A stretch of DNA of 64,000 bases from Eledone cirrhosa (lineage: Eukaryota), in assembly GCA_964016885.1 (NCBI GenBank), contig OZ024754.1, forward strand, positions 41,788,001 through 41,852,000, read 5' to 3'. The notes beneath the pieces are model-generated. The model had not been told where the DNA came from, did no database searches, and saw only the letters and a list, made by a program, of their open reading frames with translations. Of the stretch, positions 54,305 through 64,000 are shown piece after piece. A program made the position numbers and the translations under genes. How positions within the stretch are numbered: the stretch's first letter is position 1; the number at the start of each line of letters is the position of its first letter.

Positions 54305-54328
54305 GGAAAGTTACACGAGGCTGATAAG
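54305..54328 (+). CDS. RIPOR: 24-bp coding microexon GKLHEADK (phase 0/0)
   Basis: Acceptor gttttgtttttgcttactttatag, donor AAG|gtagtg. The peptide matches RIPOR GVLYDLDK (G-x-L-x-x-x-D-K) at the expected position. Confidence 0.8.
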
Positions 54329-55419
54329 GTAGTGTACTAAGATCTAATTAGTGTACACTAGATTAATACTTAACTCTAGTGTATTTTCCTAAATCTTTTT
54401 TTTTTTTTCCATTTTTTTCATTTCATTCTCATCTTCATTTTCATCATATTAATGTTATTAAGTTGGGATTGTTTTCTCTCTTATTTTTAATCTGTTCCTT
54501 AATTTGCCTGTAAATATTGTTATTTTCTGCTAGTATTAGCAACATTGTCTTGTCTCTGACTCTAGTAACAGTTTTTTGTTGATCTCTTGCATGGCTTTTT
54601 ATGGCTCTACATCTCTTCTGCTCTTTCAAATCTTTCTTTTCCATTAGTAATCATTTTTTTTTTTCATCATTTTTTTATGTTCATTTTTCTTCCCTGAATT
54701 TTGTTTTTATTCCAGTTTTGTTCATTTATTTGCTAACTTACAGTAATAAAAATAATAATAAACATCATTATTCAAATTTGAATCTATAATATTTATTTAA
54801 TAATTAATTATTGTTTGTTGCTAACGTGTTTATTCATTGTTCTTTAAAACAACAGACCATATCTGGGATTTTAAGATGTTTAGGGGAGCTGGGTTGGAGA
54901 TAATGAAGTTCTTGTCAACATTAGCAGCTTGCCTTACTGATGTGTCAGGTGATACTCATAGGATGCTTGGTTATTTCAGTGTCTTAGCCTCGCTATCATC
55001 CTCAGCAGTGCTGCAAGTGTGTTTGGTTGCCTTTATAAATTATTAGAGAGAAACTTAAGCACCCCTAACTGTGCTGTGTGACTGAGTCAATCAGTTCCCC
55101 CCTCCCCTTTTTTCCTCCCTATTATTCTCTTCACCTTTTATTTACTTCTTTTTTTTTAGTACAATATATATCTAAAGGTGCATGGCTTAGTGGTCAGAGA
55201 ATTGGATTCACAATCATGAGGTTGTGAGTTCGATTCCCAGACCCAGGTGATGTGCTATGTTTTTGAGCAAGACACTTTATTTCATGTTGCTCTTTCTGTC
55301 AAGAATTGTGACTGGTAGGTAGTACCTCCAATGGAAAGACCAATGGAAACATTGTTCTTTGGCCCAATTTGACAAGTTCCACCTCATTCAGTAAGTGAAT
55401 GAGGTCTGGGATCTTGTTG

Positions 55420-55463
<44 letters not shown>

Positions 55464-55496
55464 TTGAACCACCCATCATTGTATACTACACATTAG

Positions 55497-55539
<43 letters not shown>

Positions 55540-55541
<2 letters not shown>

Positions 55542-56075
55542 GATAAATCTACCAAGAGTTTACGGTAGTGTCCAATCCGTATGAAGAACTCAATGTAGTC
55601 CGGATATCATGGAAAGAAGAGATGCAATGAAAAATCACTTTCGGTGAAAGATAAACGGAATACAGAGTCAAGATAAAATATTAAAAAAATAATGAATAAA
55701 ACAATGAAACAGTTCCTTATATTAAACAAAAAAAGTTCATTATTTAACGATCGTTTCTAGGATATATATGTGTTAGAATTGGCATGCATATTCAACAGAT
55801 CTATGTACAAAATTATACAAACTATCAAGATTAAATATACATACCAACACATATATATGCCGTCTTCAGAAATAATCTGAAGACGGCATATATGTGTGTT
55901 TGGTATGTATATTTAATTTTGATAGTTTGTATAATTTTGTATAATTTTGTACATAGATCTGTTGAATATGCATGCCAATTCTAACACATATATATCCTAG
56001 AAACGATCGTTAAATAATGAACTTTTTTTGTTTAATATAAGGAACTGTTTCATTGTTTTATTCATTATTTTTTTA

Positions 56076-56085
<10 letters not shown>
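55540..56085 (-). mobile_element. Fold-back HHR element; arms of about 200 bp (55675-56083) with a 7-nt spacer, between (TA)n tracts
   Basis: Axis gccgtcttcag-aaataat-ctgaagacggc. The arms are nearly identical. Confidence 0.75.
55739..55876 (-). ncRNA. Type I hammerhead motif with a very long stem II domain
   Basis: AUUAUUU-CUGAAGA-CGGCAUAUAUAUGUGUUGG...CUAACACAUAUAUAUCCUA-GAAA-C gauc G-UU^AAAUAAU. Perfect 7-bp stem I and palindromic AACGAUCGUU. Confidence 0.7.
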
Positions 56086-56125
<40 letters not shown>

Positions 56126-57263
56126 GTCATGATTTGAGTTTGTGTAGATTAGATTATATATATTATCAGAAGTAAATAAACTAATGAGTGAAGAAGATCT
56201 TGTCTTTCTCTAGTGTTTAGTATGTGATCTAGCCATAGACAACAGCCATTACTAATTAATCAATGACTGCACACGCTTACTTCCATTTCAATGACTTCAA
56301 TCTTTATATCTGCTTTCAACAGTCATTCATTCAAACATACCTATAGCCATTTATGGCTTGAGGCATGGAAAAGTGGACATAAAATGGTGATGATGATGAT
56401 GATGATATATGTGTTTGGAAGACATTGTTCAAGTAAAGTCAGTTACAATGAACTCAAAACTTTATATATTTTAGTGTTAAATTATTAATATTGCTCAGTA
56501 TTTCACAGTTAACCAATCAATACAGCATTAGTCACATTTGCTGCTGGATAGCTCTGTTATCGTTTCTGTATATGTGTCTATATCTATGGATGTCTTTATG
56601 CCTGTATATGTATATATGTCTTTATGTATGTGTATAATGTTTTTAATAATCTGTATATGTCTATAATGTGTTTATATGTCTATATGTCTATAATGTGTTT
56701 ATATGTCTATATGTCTATAATGTGTTTATATGTCTATATGTCTATAATGTGTTTATATGTCTATATGTCTATAATGTGTTTATATGTCTATATGTCTATA
56801 ATATGTCTATAAGCGTGGAAGATGGACGTTAAACGGTGATGATGATGATGTATATATGTCTATAATGTGTATATGTGTATATATATCTATGTATATATGT
56901 CTGTAATGTTATAATGTATATATATATATATATATATAATGTGCATATATGTAATGTGTATATATGTCTATAATGTGTATATGTCATCACCCAGTACACT
57001 CTGTAAAGTGGCTAGAGATAGGAAGGACATCCAGTTGCAGGAACCCTGCCAAATAAATAGGAGCCCTTTAAAATGGATGGTACTTGTCTCATAGAACCAG
57101 AGGCAGTTTTTGGTGGGTTAATATCTAAAGGGTTTCAACTTAATGATATCTGGGAGGCTTCTTAATAGTTTTGTGTCTGCATGAAATCTTTGACTTTTTT
57201 GTTTCATGTTTGCTTTTAATATCCTGCATAATATGCATGTATAGACCTCTTCTGTTACTTGTG

Positions 57264-57330
<67 letters not shown>

Positions 57331-57796
57331 CATACCATTCATCCATTCATATATACATACATGCTCACACAATTTTCAAAAAATATATTTTCCTACATTC
57401 ATATATCTATGATACACACCTGTGATACTACTGTATATATTGATGTATATGATGGAATTTGTAAAGGTGTATGTTTTAGTGGCTACAGTGTTTACCTCGC
57501 AATCATAAAGTCATTAGTTTGATTGTTGGAGGTGCTTTATGTCCTTGAGCAAGGCACTTTACTTCACATTGCTTCATACAGCTCACCTGACAGAAATGAA
57601 TTCTACCTGTATTTTAATTCCTTGTTATATTGAATCTTCTTAAGAATTATGTCAATGGTACGAGTAATCAGTTATATACACAAACATATGTACTCTGTGA
57701 TTATTTTATAGTCATATATATATATATATATAATATTATTTATGTTTGTGTATATATAATATATATATATATATAATGTATGTATATTGTATTATA

Positions 57797-57846
<50 letters not shown>

Positions 57847-58051
57847 ATATTATGTTTGTGTATATAATATATATATATATATATATAATGTATGTATGTA
57901 TATTGTATTATAAGTGTGTGTATGTGTATATATATATACATATATTTATATAGTGGACGTTAAACGAAGAAGATGATGATGATGATTTATATGTATTGTA
58001 TTGTATTATATTAAATTATATTATTTATTTATGTGTATATATATATATATA

Positions 58052-58108
58052 TAGTCTAGAACTAGCTATTGAAATGGCTAGAGCTCAGCTGTCGGGTCCT
58101 AACTCTTT
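58052..58108 (+). mobile_element. Family C fragment in (TA)n
   Basis: agaactagctattgaaatggctagagctcagctgtcgggtcctaactc, homologous to 726-780. Confidence 0.55.
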
Positions 58109-58225
58109 ATATATACATATATATATGTATATATATATACATATATATATGTATATATATATATATATATATATTAAAGTATATATAAACCCGTAGAGCA
58201 AATATTTATTATTAGTAGAGATTAA

Positions 58226-58277
58226 AGTTTAAGCAAAGAATTCCTGCTTTCTCCCTATTACGGGATCTTCTGAAAGT
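58226..58277 (-). ncRNA. CAGAAGA hammerhead-like motif (family D; element about 58190-58400)
   Basis: UUU-CAGAAGA-UCCC guaaua GGGA-GAAA-GCAGG aauuc UUUGC-UU^AAA. Confidence 0.55.
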
Positions 58278-58694
58278 GAGAAAAATCAATCTGTGAACAC
58301 AGAAGTAAATATTTCGAAAAACTGTTGCAACCAAAGGAAAACGGGAAGGCATAATGGTGGTTTGTGAAGACATTCTCTGGCGATATGCAAGGGTAATTAC
58401 GTCATTATCTGGAGCGATAACAACAATTATATATACTTAACACTCACACCTTAAGAATTTCCTGAATATGAGTTCTACCCCCAACCCTTCCTACAATGCC
58501 CACATAATAAGTGTCAGAAGGAATTTCTCTTTATATATTTGTTCCACATGAAATCTAACATTATTTTAATGTTGTTGTTGTTGTTAACCAGAACATTCTG
58601 AAGCAGATCTAGGAATGACTATCCCCGGTCTGTTGTATTTATATTCGGACAGTATTGTGGACTTGAAGACTTTATATAACAATTGCATATGAGA

Positions 58695-58990
58695 ACATGT
58701 GGCTTAGTGGTAACAGTGTTTGACTCATGATCATCAGGTTGTGAGTTCAATTCCCAGACCAGGTGGTATGAGTTCAATTCCCAGACCAGGTGGCATGTGG
58801 CCTGGAGTAAGACACCTTATTTCACGTTGCTCCAGTCTACTCGGCTGGCAAAAGGGCAAAAATGAGTTGCACCTGTGATCCAAGGGGGCCAATCATGTCG
58901 CACTGACTCTCCCTGAGAACTATATTCTGGCTACATGTTGTCTGTGGACTGGTGGACTGCTCAGCCACTTACACATTAATTTGAACCAAC
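58695..58990 (+). mobile_element. Older tRNA-derived SINE family (also about 3660-3980, 33635-33740, 51397-51540, 55177-55290, 57480-57670)
   Basis: A-box tggcttagtggt, B-box gagttcaattccc, and a ttgagcaagacact-like downstream motif. Confidence 0.65.
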
Positions 58991-59309
58991 TGGAGAACTG
59001 GTTGTTGGAACTGACAGACATCCAATGACATCGAACAATGGAGGTGACTTTTACTTCCTGGTGAACAATGGAGACACATTGTCCTCCTCTCCTTCTCTCC
59101 TCCTCTTCCTCCTCCTCTTCCTCCTTCCACCCTCCTCCTCTTCCTCTTCCTCCTTCCACCCACACTTGTACTGAAAGCCAGTTTATTAATCAGCAGGTAC
59201 AACCTGTTATTTTGTTGATCACTAGAGAGGAAGGGGTGGGGAGGAAGGGGGACAGGTGTTGATCAACTTTGTATTTTACACCTGTATTTTATTTCCTCAC
59301 TTCCACATT

Positions 59310-62300
59310 AATCTTCTTCTTCTTCGTTATCTTCTTCTTCTTCTTCTTCGTTATCTTCTTCTTCGTTATCATCTTCTTCTTCTTCTTCTTCGTTATCATC
59401 TTCTTCTTCTTTATCGTCTTCTTCTTCTTCTTCTTCTTCTTCTTCTCCTCCTTCTTCTCCTTCGCCTCTTTTTCTTCTTCTTCTTCTTGTGAGAGTTGTA
59501 AGGGACAGTCCTCAAGCCCTCCTCCCAGCGGGTCCTGTCAGAAGCAACCGTCTCCAGCAGATCCGGGTGGATCCCCAAACATGTCCAGCCAATCTAATGG
59601 ATGTTACCCGACCATCTTGCTCGGAGTCTACCCCAGGGTCTCCTGCTGGTTGGTCTCTGAGTCTACCCCAGGGTCTCCTGCTGGGTCTCCTGCTGGTTGG
59701 TCTCTAAGTCTACCCCAGGGTCTCCTGCTGGGTCTCCTGCTGGTTGGTCTCGGAGTCTACCCCAGGGTCTCCTGCTGGGTCTCCTGCCGGTTGGTCTCGG
59801 AGTCTACCCCAGGGTCTCCTGCCGGTTGGTCTCTGAGTCTACCCCAGGGTCTCCTGCTGGGTCTCCTGCCGGTTGGTCTTTGAGTCTACCCCAGGGTCTC
59901 CTGCTGGGTCTCCTGCTGGTTGGTCTCGGAGTCTACCCCAGGGTCTCCTGCTGGTTGGTCTCGGAGTCTACCCCAGGGTCTCCTGCTGGGTCTCCTGCCG
60001 GTTGGTCTCTGAGTCTACCCCAGGGTCTCCTGCTGGGTCTCCTGCTGGTTGGTCTCTGAGTCTACCCCAGGGTCTCCTGCTGGGTCTCCTGCTGGTTGGT
60101 CTCGGAGTCTACCCCAGGGTCTCCTGCTGGGTCTCCTGCTGGTTGGTCTCTGAGTCTACCCCAGGGTCTCCTGCCGGTTGGTCTTTGAGTCTACCCCAGG
60201 GTCTCCTGCCGGGTCTACCCCAGGGTCTCCTGCTGGGTCTCCTGCCGGTTGGTCTCGGAGTCTACCCCTGGGTCTCCTGCTGGGTCTCCTGCTGGGTCTC
60301 CTGCCGGTTGGTCTTTGAGTCTACCCCAGGGTCTCCTGCTGGGTCTCCTGCCGGTTGGTCTCTGAGTCTACCCCAGGGTCTCCTGCTGGGTCTCCTGCCG
60401 GTTGGTCTTTGAGTCTACCCCAGGGTCTCCTGCTGGGTCTCCTGCCGGGTCTCCTGCCGGTTGGTCTCTGAGTCTACCCCAGGGTCTCCTGCTGGGTCTC
60501 CTGCTGGTTGGTCTCGGAGTCTACCCCAGGGTCTCCTGCTGGGTCTCCTGCTGGTTGGTCTCTGAGTCTACCCCAGGGTCTCCTGCTGGGTCTCCTGCCG
60601 GTTGGTCTTTGAGTCTACCCCAGGGTCTCCTGCTGGGTCTCCTGCCGGGTCTCCTGCCGGTTGGTCTCTGAGTCTACCCCAGGGTCTCCTGCTGGGTCTC
60701 CTGCTGGTTGGTCTCGGAGTCTACCCCAGGGTCTCCTGCTGGGTCTCCTGCTGGTTGGTCTCTGAGTCTACCCCAGGGTCTCCTGCTGGGTCTCCTGCCG
60801 GTTGGTCTTTGAGTCTACCCCAGGGTCTCCTGCTGGGTCTCCTGCCGGTTGGTCTCTGAGTCTACCCCAGGGTCTCCTGCTGGGTCTCCTGCTGGGTCTC
60901 CTGCCGGTTGGTCTCTGAGTCTACCCCAGGGTCTCCTGCTGGGTCTCCTGCTGGGTCTCCTGCTGGGTCTCCTGCCGGTTGGTCTCTGAGTCTACCCCAG
61001 GGTCTCCTGCTGGGTCTCCTGCCGGTTGGTCTTTGAGTCTACCCCAGGGTCTCCTGCTGGGTCTCCTGCCGGTTGGTCTCTGAGTCTACCCCAGGGTCTC
61101 CTGCTGGGTCTCCTGCCGGTTGGTCTCTGAGTCTACCCCAGGGTCTCCTGCCGGTTGGTCTCTGAGTCTACCCAGGGTCTCCTGCTGGGTCTCCTGCCGG
61201 TTGGTCTTTGAGTCTACCCCAGGGTCTCCTGCTGGGTCTCCTGCCGGTTGGTCTCTGAGTCTACCCCAGGGTCTCCTGCTGGGTCTCCTGCCGGTTGGTC
61301 TCTGAGTCTACCCCAGGGTCTCCTGCTGGGTCTCCTGCCGGTTGGTCTCTGAGTCTACCCCAGGGTCTCCTGCTGGGTCTCCTGCCGGTTGGTCTCGGAG
61401 TCTACCCCAGGGTCTCCTGCTGGGTCTCCTGCCGGTTGGTCTCGGAGTCTACCCCAGGGTCTCCTGCTGGGTCTCCTGCCGGTTGGTCTCGGAGTCTACC
61501 CCAGGGTCTCCTGCTGGGTCTCCTGCTGGTTGGTCTCTGAGTCTACCCCAGGGTCTCCTGCTGGGTCTCCTGCTGGTTGGTCTCGGAGTCTACCCCTGGG
61601 TCTCCTGCCGGTTGGTCTTTGAGTCTACCCCAGGGTCTCCTGCTGGGTCTCCTGCCGGTTGGTCTCGGAGTCTACCCCAGGGTCTCCTGCTGGGTCTCCT
61701 GCCGGTTGGTCTCGGAGTCTACCCCAGGGTCTCCTGCTGGGTCTCCTGCCGGTTGGTCTCTGAGTCTACCCCAGGGTCTCCTGCTGGGTCTCCTGCCGGT
61801 TGGTCTCGGAGTCTACCCCAGGGTCTCCTGCTGGGTCTCCTGCCGGTTGGTCTCGGAGTCTACCCCAGGGTCTCCTGCTGGGTCTCCTGCCGGTTGGTCT
61901 CGGAGTCTACCCCAGGGTCTCCTGCTGGGTCTCCTGCTGGTTGGTCTCGGAGTCTACCCCAGGGTCTCCTGCTGGGTCTCCTGCCGGTTGGTCTCGGAGT
62001 CTACCCCAGGGTCTCCTGCCGGTTGGTCTCGGAGTCTACCCCAGGGTCTCCTGCTGGGTCTCCTGCTGGTTGGTCTCGGAGTCTACCCCAGGGTCTCCTG
62101 CTGGGTCTCCTGCCGGTTGGTCTCAGAGTCTACCCCAGGGTCTCCTGCCGGTTGGTCTCGGAGTCTACCCCAGGGTCTCCTGCTGGGTCTCCTGCCGGTT
62201 GGTCTCGGAGTCTACCCCAGGGTCTCCTGCTGGGTCTCCTGCCGGTTGGTCTCGGAGTCTACCCCAGGGTCTCCTGCTGGGTCTCCTGCCGGTTGGTCTC

Positions 62301-63064
62301 TGAGTCTACCCCAGGGTCTCCTGCTGGGTCTCCTGCTGGTTGGTCTCGGAGTCTACCCCTGGGTCTCCTGCTGGTTGGTCTCTGAGTCTACCCCAGGGTC
62401 TCCTGCTGGGTCTCCTGCTGGGTCCCCTGCCGGTTGGTCTCGGAGTCTACCCCAGGGTCTCCTGCTGGGTCTCCTGCTGGTTGGTCTCTGAGTCTACCCC
62501 AGGGTCTCCTGCTGGGTCTCCTGCTGGGTCTCCTGCTGGTTGGTCTCTGAGTCTACCCCAGGGTCTCCTGCTGGGTCTCCTGCCGGTTGGTCTCGGAGTC
62601 TACCCCAGGGTCTCCTGCTGGGTCTCCTGCCGGTTGGTCTCGGAGTCTACCCCAGGGTCTCCTGCTGGGTCTCCTGCCGGTTGGTCTCGGAGTCTACCCC
62701 AGGGTCTCCTGCTGGGTCTCCTGCCGGTTGGTCTCGGAGTCTACCCCAGGGTCTCCTGCTGGGTCTCCTGCCGGTTGGTCTCGGAGTCTACCCCAGGGTC
62801 TCCTGCTGGGTCTCCTGCCGGTTGGTCTTTGAGTCTACCCCAGGGTCTCCTGCTGGGTCTCCTGCCGGTTGGTCTCGGAGTCTACCCCAGGGTCTCCTGC
62901 TGGGTCTCCTGCCGGTTGGTCTCGGAGTCTACCCCAGGGTCTCCTGCCGGGTCTACCCCAGGGTCTCCTGCCGGTTGGTTTTGCCCATAGAATCTGTCCA
63001 GCGACTTTTTCCTCAGACATTCTAACATGTCCTCCATAGTGTCAGGACTGTGATCTCTCAATTG
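59310..63064 (-). mobile_element. RTE (Rex3/Expander-like) 3' fragment split by an internal 3.3-kb minisatellite; (GAA)n-rich tail
   Basis: Right flank (minus) translates IERSQS*HYGGHVRMSEEKVAGQILWAKPTGRRPWGRP. Left flank translates GRLRARWSGNIH*IGWTCLGIHPDLLETVASDRTRWEEGL. Confidence 0.8.
59620..62980. repeat. GC-rich 47-bp minisatellite (about 70 units; 35/47/59-bp variants from a 12-bp subunit)
   Basis: Unit ggttggtctcggagtctaccccagggtctcctgctgggtctcctgcc. Confidence 0.97.
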
Positions 63065-63367
63065 TGTGTGTGTGTGTAGGTATGGATGTGTGTGTGTGTA
63101 GGTATGGATGTTGTGTGTGTGTGTGTGTAGGTATGGATGTTGTGTGTGTGTAGGTATGGATGTTGTATGTGTGTGTGTGTAGGTATGGATGTTGTATGTG
63201 TGTGTGTGTAGGTATGGATGTTGTGTGTGTGTAGGTATGGATGTTGTATGTGTGTGTGTGTAGGTATGGATGTTATGTGTGTGTGTATGTTTTGAGTTAT
63301 GTGTGTGTATATGCATTTATTACATACAGAAATTTTGGAATATGTTATTTATGTATGTATGTATGTG

Positions 63368-63462
<95 letters not shown>

Positions 63463-63479
63463 GATGTGTGTATTGCATT

Positions 63480-63541
63480 TAGTCCAGAATTAGCCATCGA
63501 AACGGCTTGAGCTCAGCCGTCGGGGTCCTACTCGTTCCTAT
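63480..63541 (+). mobile_element. Family C fragment near (TA)n/(TG)n
   Basis: cgaaacggcttgagctcagccgtcggggtcc, near-identical to 739-769. Confidence 0.55.
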
Positions 63542-63827
63542 GAGGTGTGTGTATATATATATATATATGTTGTATGTATGTATATAAGTATATATATGTG
63601 TGTGTATATATATATATATGTATGTATATATGTGTGTAAATATATATTATTAATTTTGTTGTCGTTATTATTATTGTTATTATTATTATTGTTATTAATA
63701 TATATGTATGTATATATATATATATTTTTTTTTCTCGTGCAATGGCCATACTCGATAACGAGGGGGCTGCCATCATATATATATGTATGTATATGTGTGT
63801 GTATGTGTATATATATATATATATGTG

Positions 63828-63861
<34 letters not shown>

Positions 63862-63863
<2 letters not shown>

Positions 63864-63990
63864 CCCTAAGGACAGACACTGGTCTGTTGGAGATGCAGGA
63901 CATGGCAGCGATAATGAGGGACAGAGACCGCTGGAGAGAACTCGTCCATGGATCTCGGGAATTTTACCCTCCTTAGATAGATAGAGATAT
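63862..63990 (+). mobile_element. RTE-like LINE extreme 3' end
   Basis: ALRTDTGLLEMQDMAAIMRDRDRWRELV, with the DR..WR terminal motif and an (AGAT)n tail. Confidence 0.65.
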
Positions 63991-64000
63991 GTATGTAATA

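Noticed and set aside
54837-55046. 69-aa ORF / possible next RIPOR exon after aacag at 54855
   Set aside because: The phase-0 reading (TISGILRCLGELGWR*) stops early and does not resemble the expected QIK..ER...LEF segment. An alternative terminal exon cannot be excluded without RNA data.
59269-63025. Many overlapping SESTPGSPAG ORFs
   Set aside because: The 47-bp unit is not a multiple of 3 and the frames rotate. The array sits inside a decayed RTE fragment.

Overview
AT-rich animal (eukaryotic) genomic DNA dense in microsatellites, SINEs, MITEs and RTE-LINE fragments. The repeat landscape suggests an octopod cephalopod, which is an inference. Almost all listed ORFs are artefacts of simple repeats. 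The window lies inside a large + strand gene for a RIPOR/FAM65-family (Rho-interacting cell polarization regulator) protein. Five phase-compatible GT-AG exons (99, 66, 541, 73 and 24 bp) give ...RSKSFAG...PKLPQPSRAVLMFESVKKGIK-EFIMATQDDIIQL...-GKLHEADK. The gene continues beyond the window. The main hidden signal is intronic: about 20 hammerhead-ribozyme (HHR)-like motifs from 8-9 unrelated short element families. Most sit in or beside (TA)n tracts, and several form fold-back palindromes whose axis lies at the 5' edge of the ribozyme core. This resembles Penelope-like (PLE) pLTR or retrozyme-type non-autonomous elements. Unusual variants include a CAGAAGA core, a >100-nt stem II domain, and a shared downstream (ATC)GAGTRCT motif. 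Three minisatellites arose inside transposon copies (an RTE ORF, a hAT MITE and a piggyBac-type MITE). All structures were folded by eye; no searches were run.
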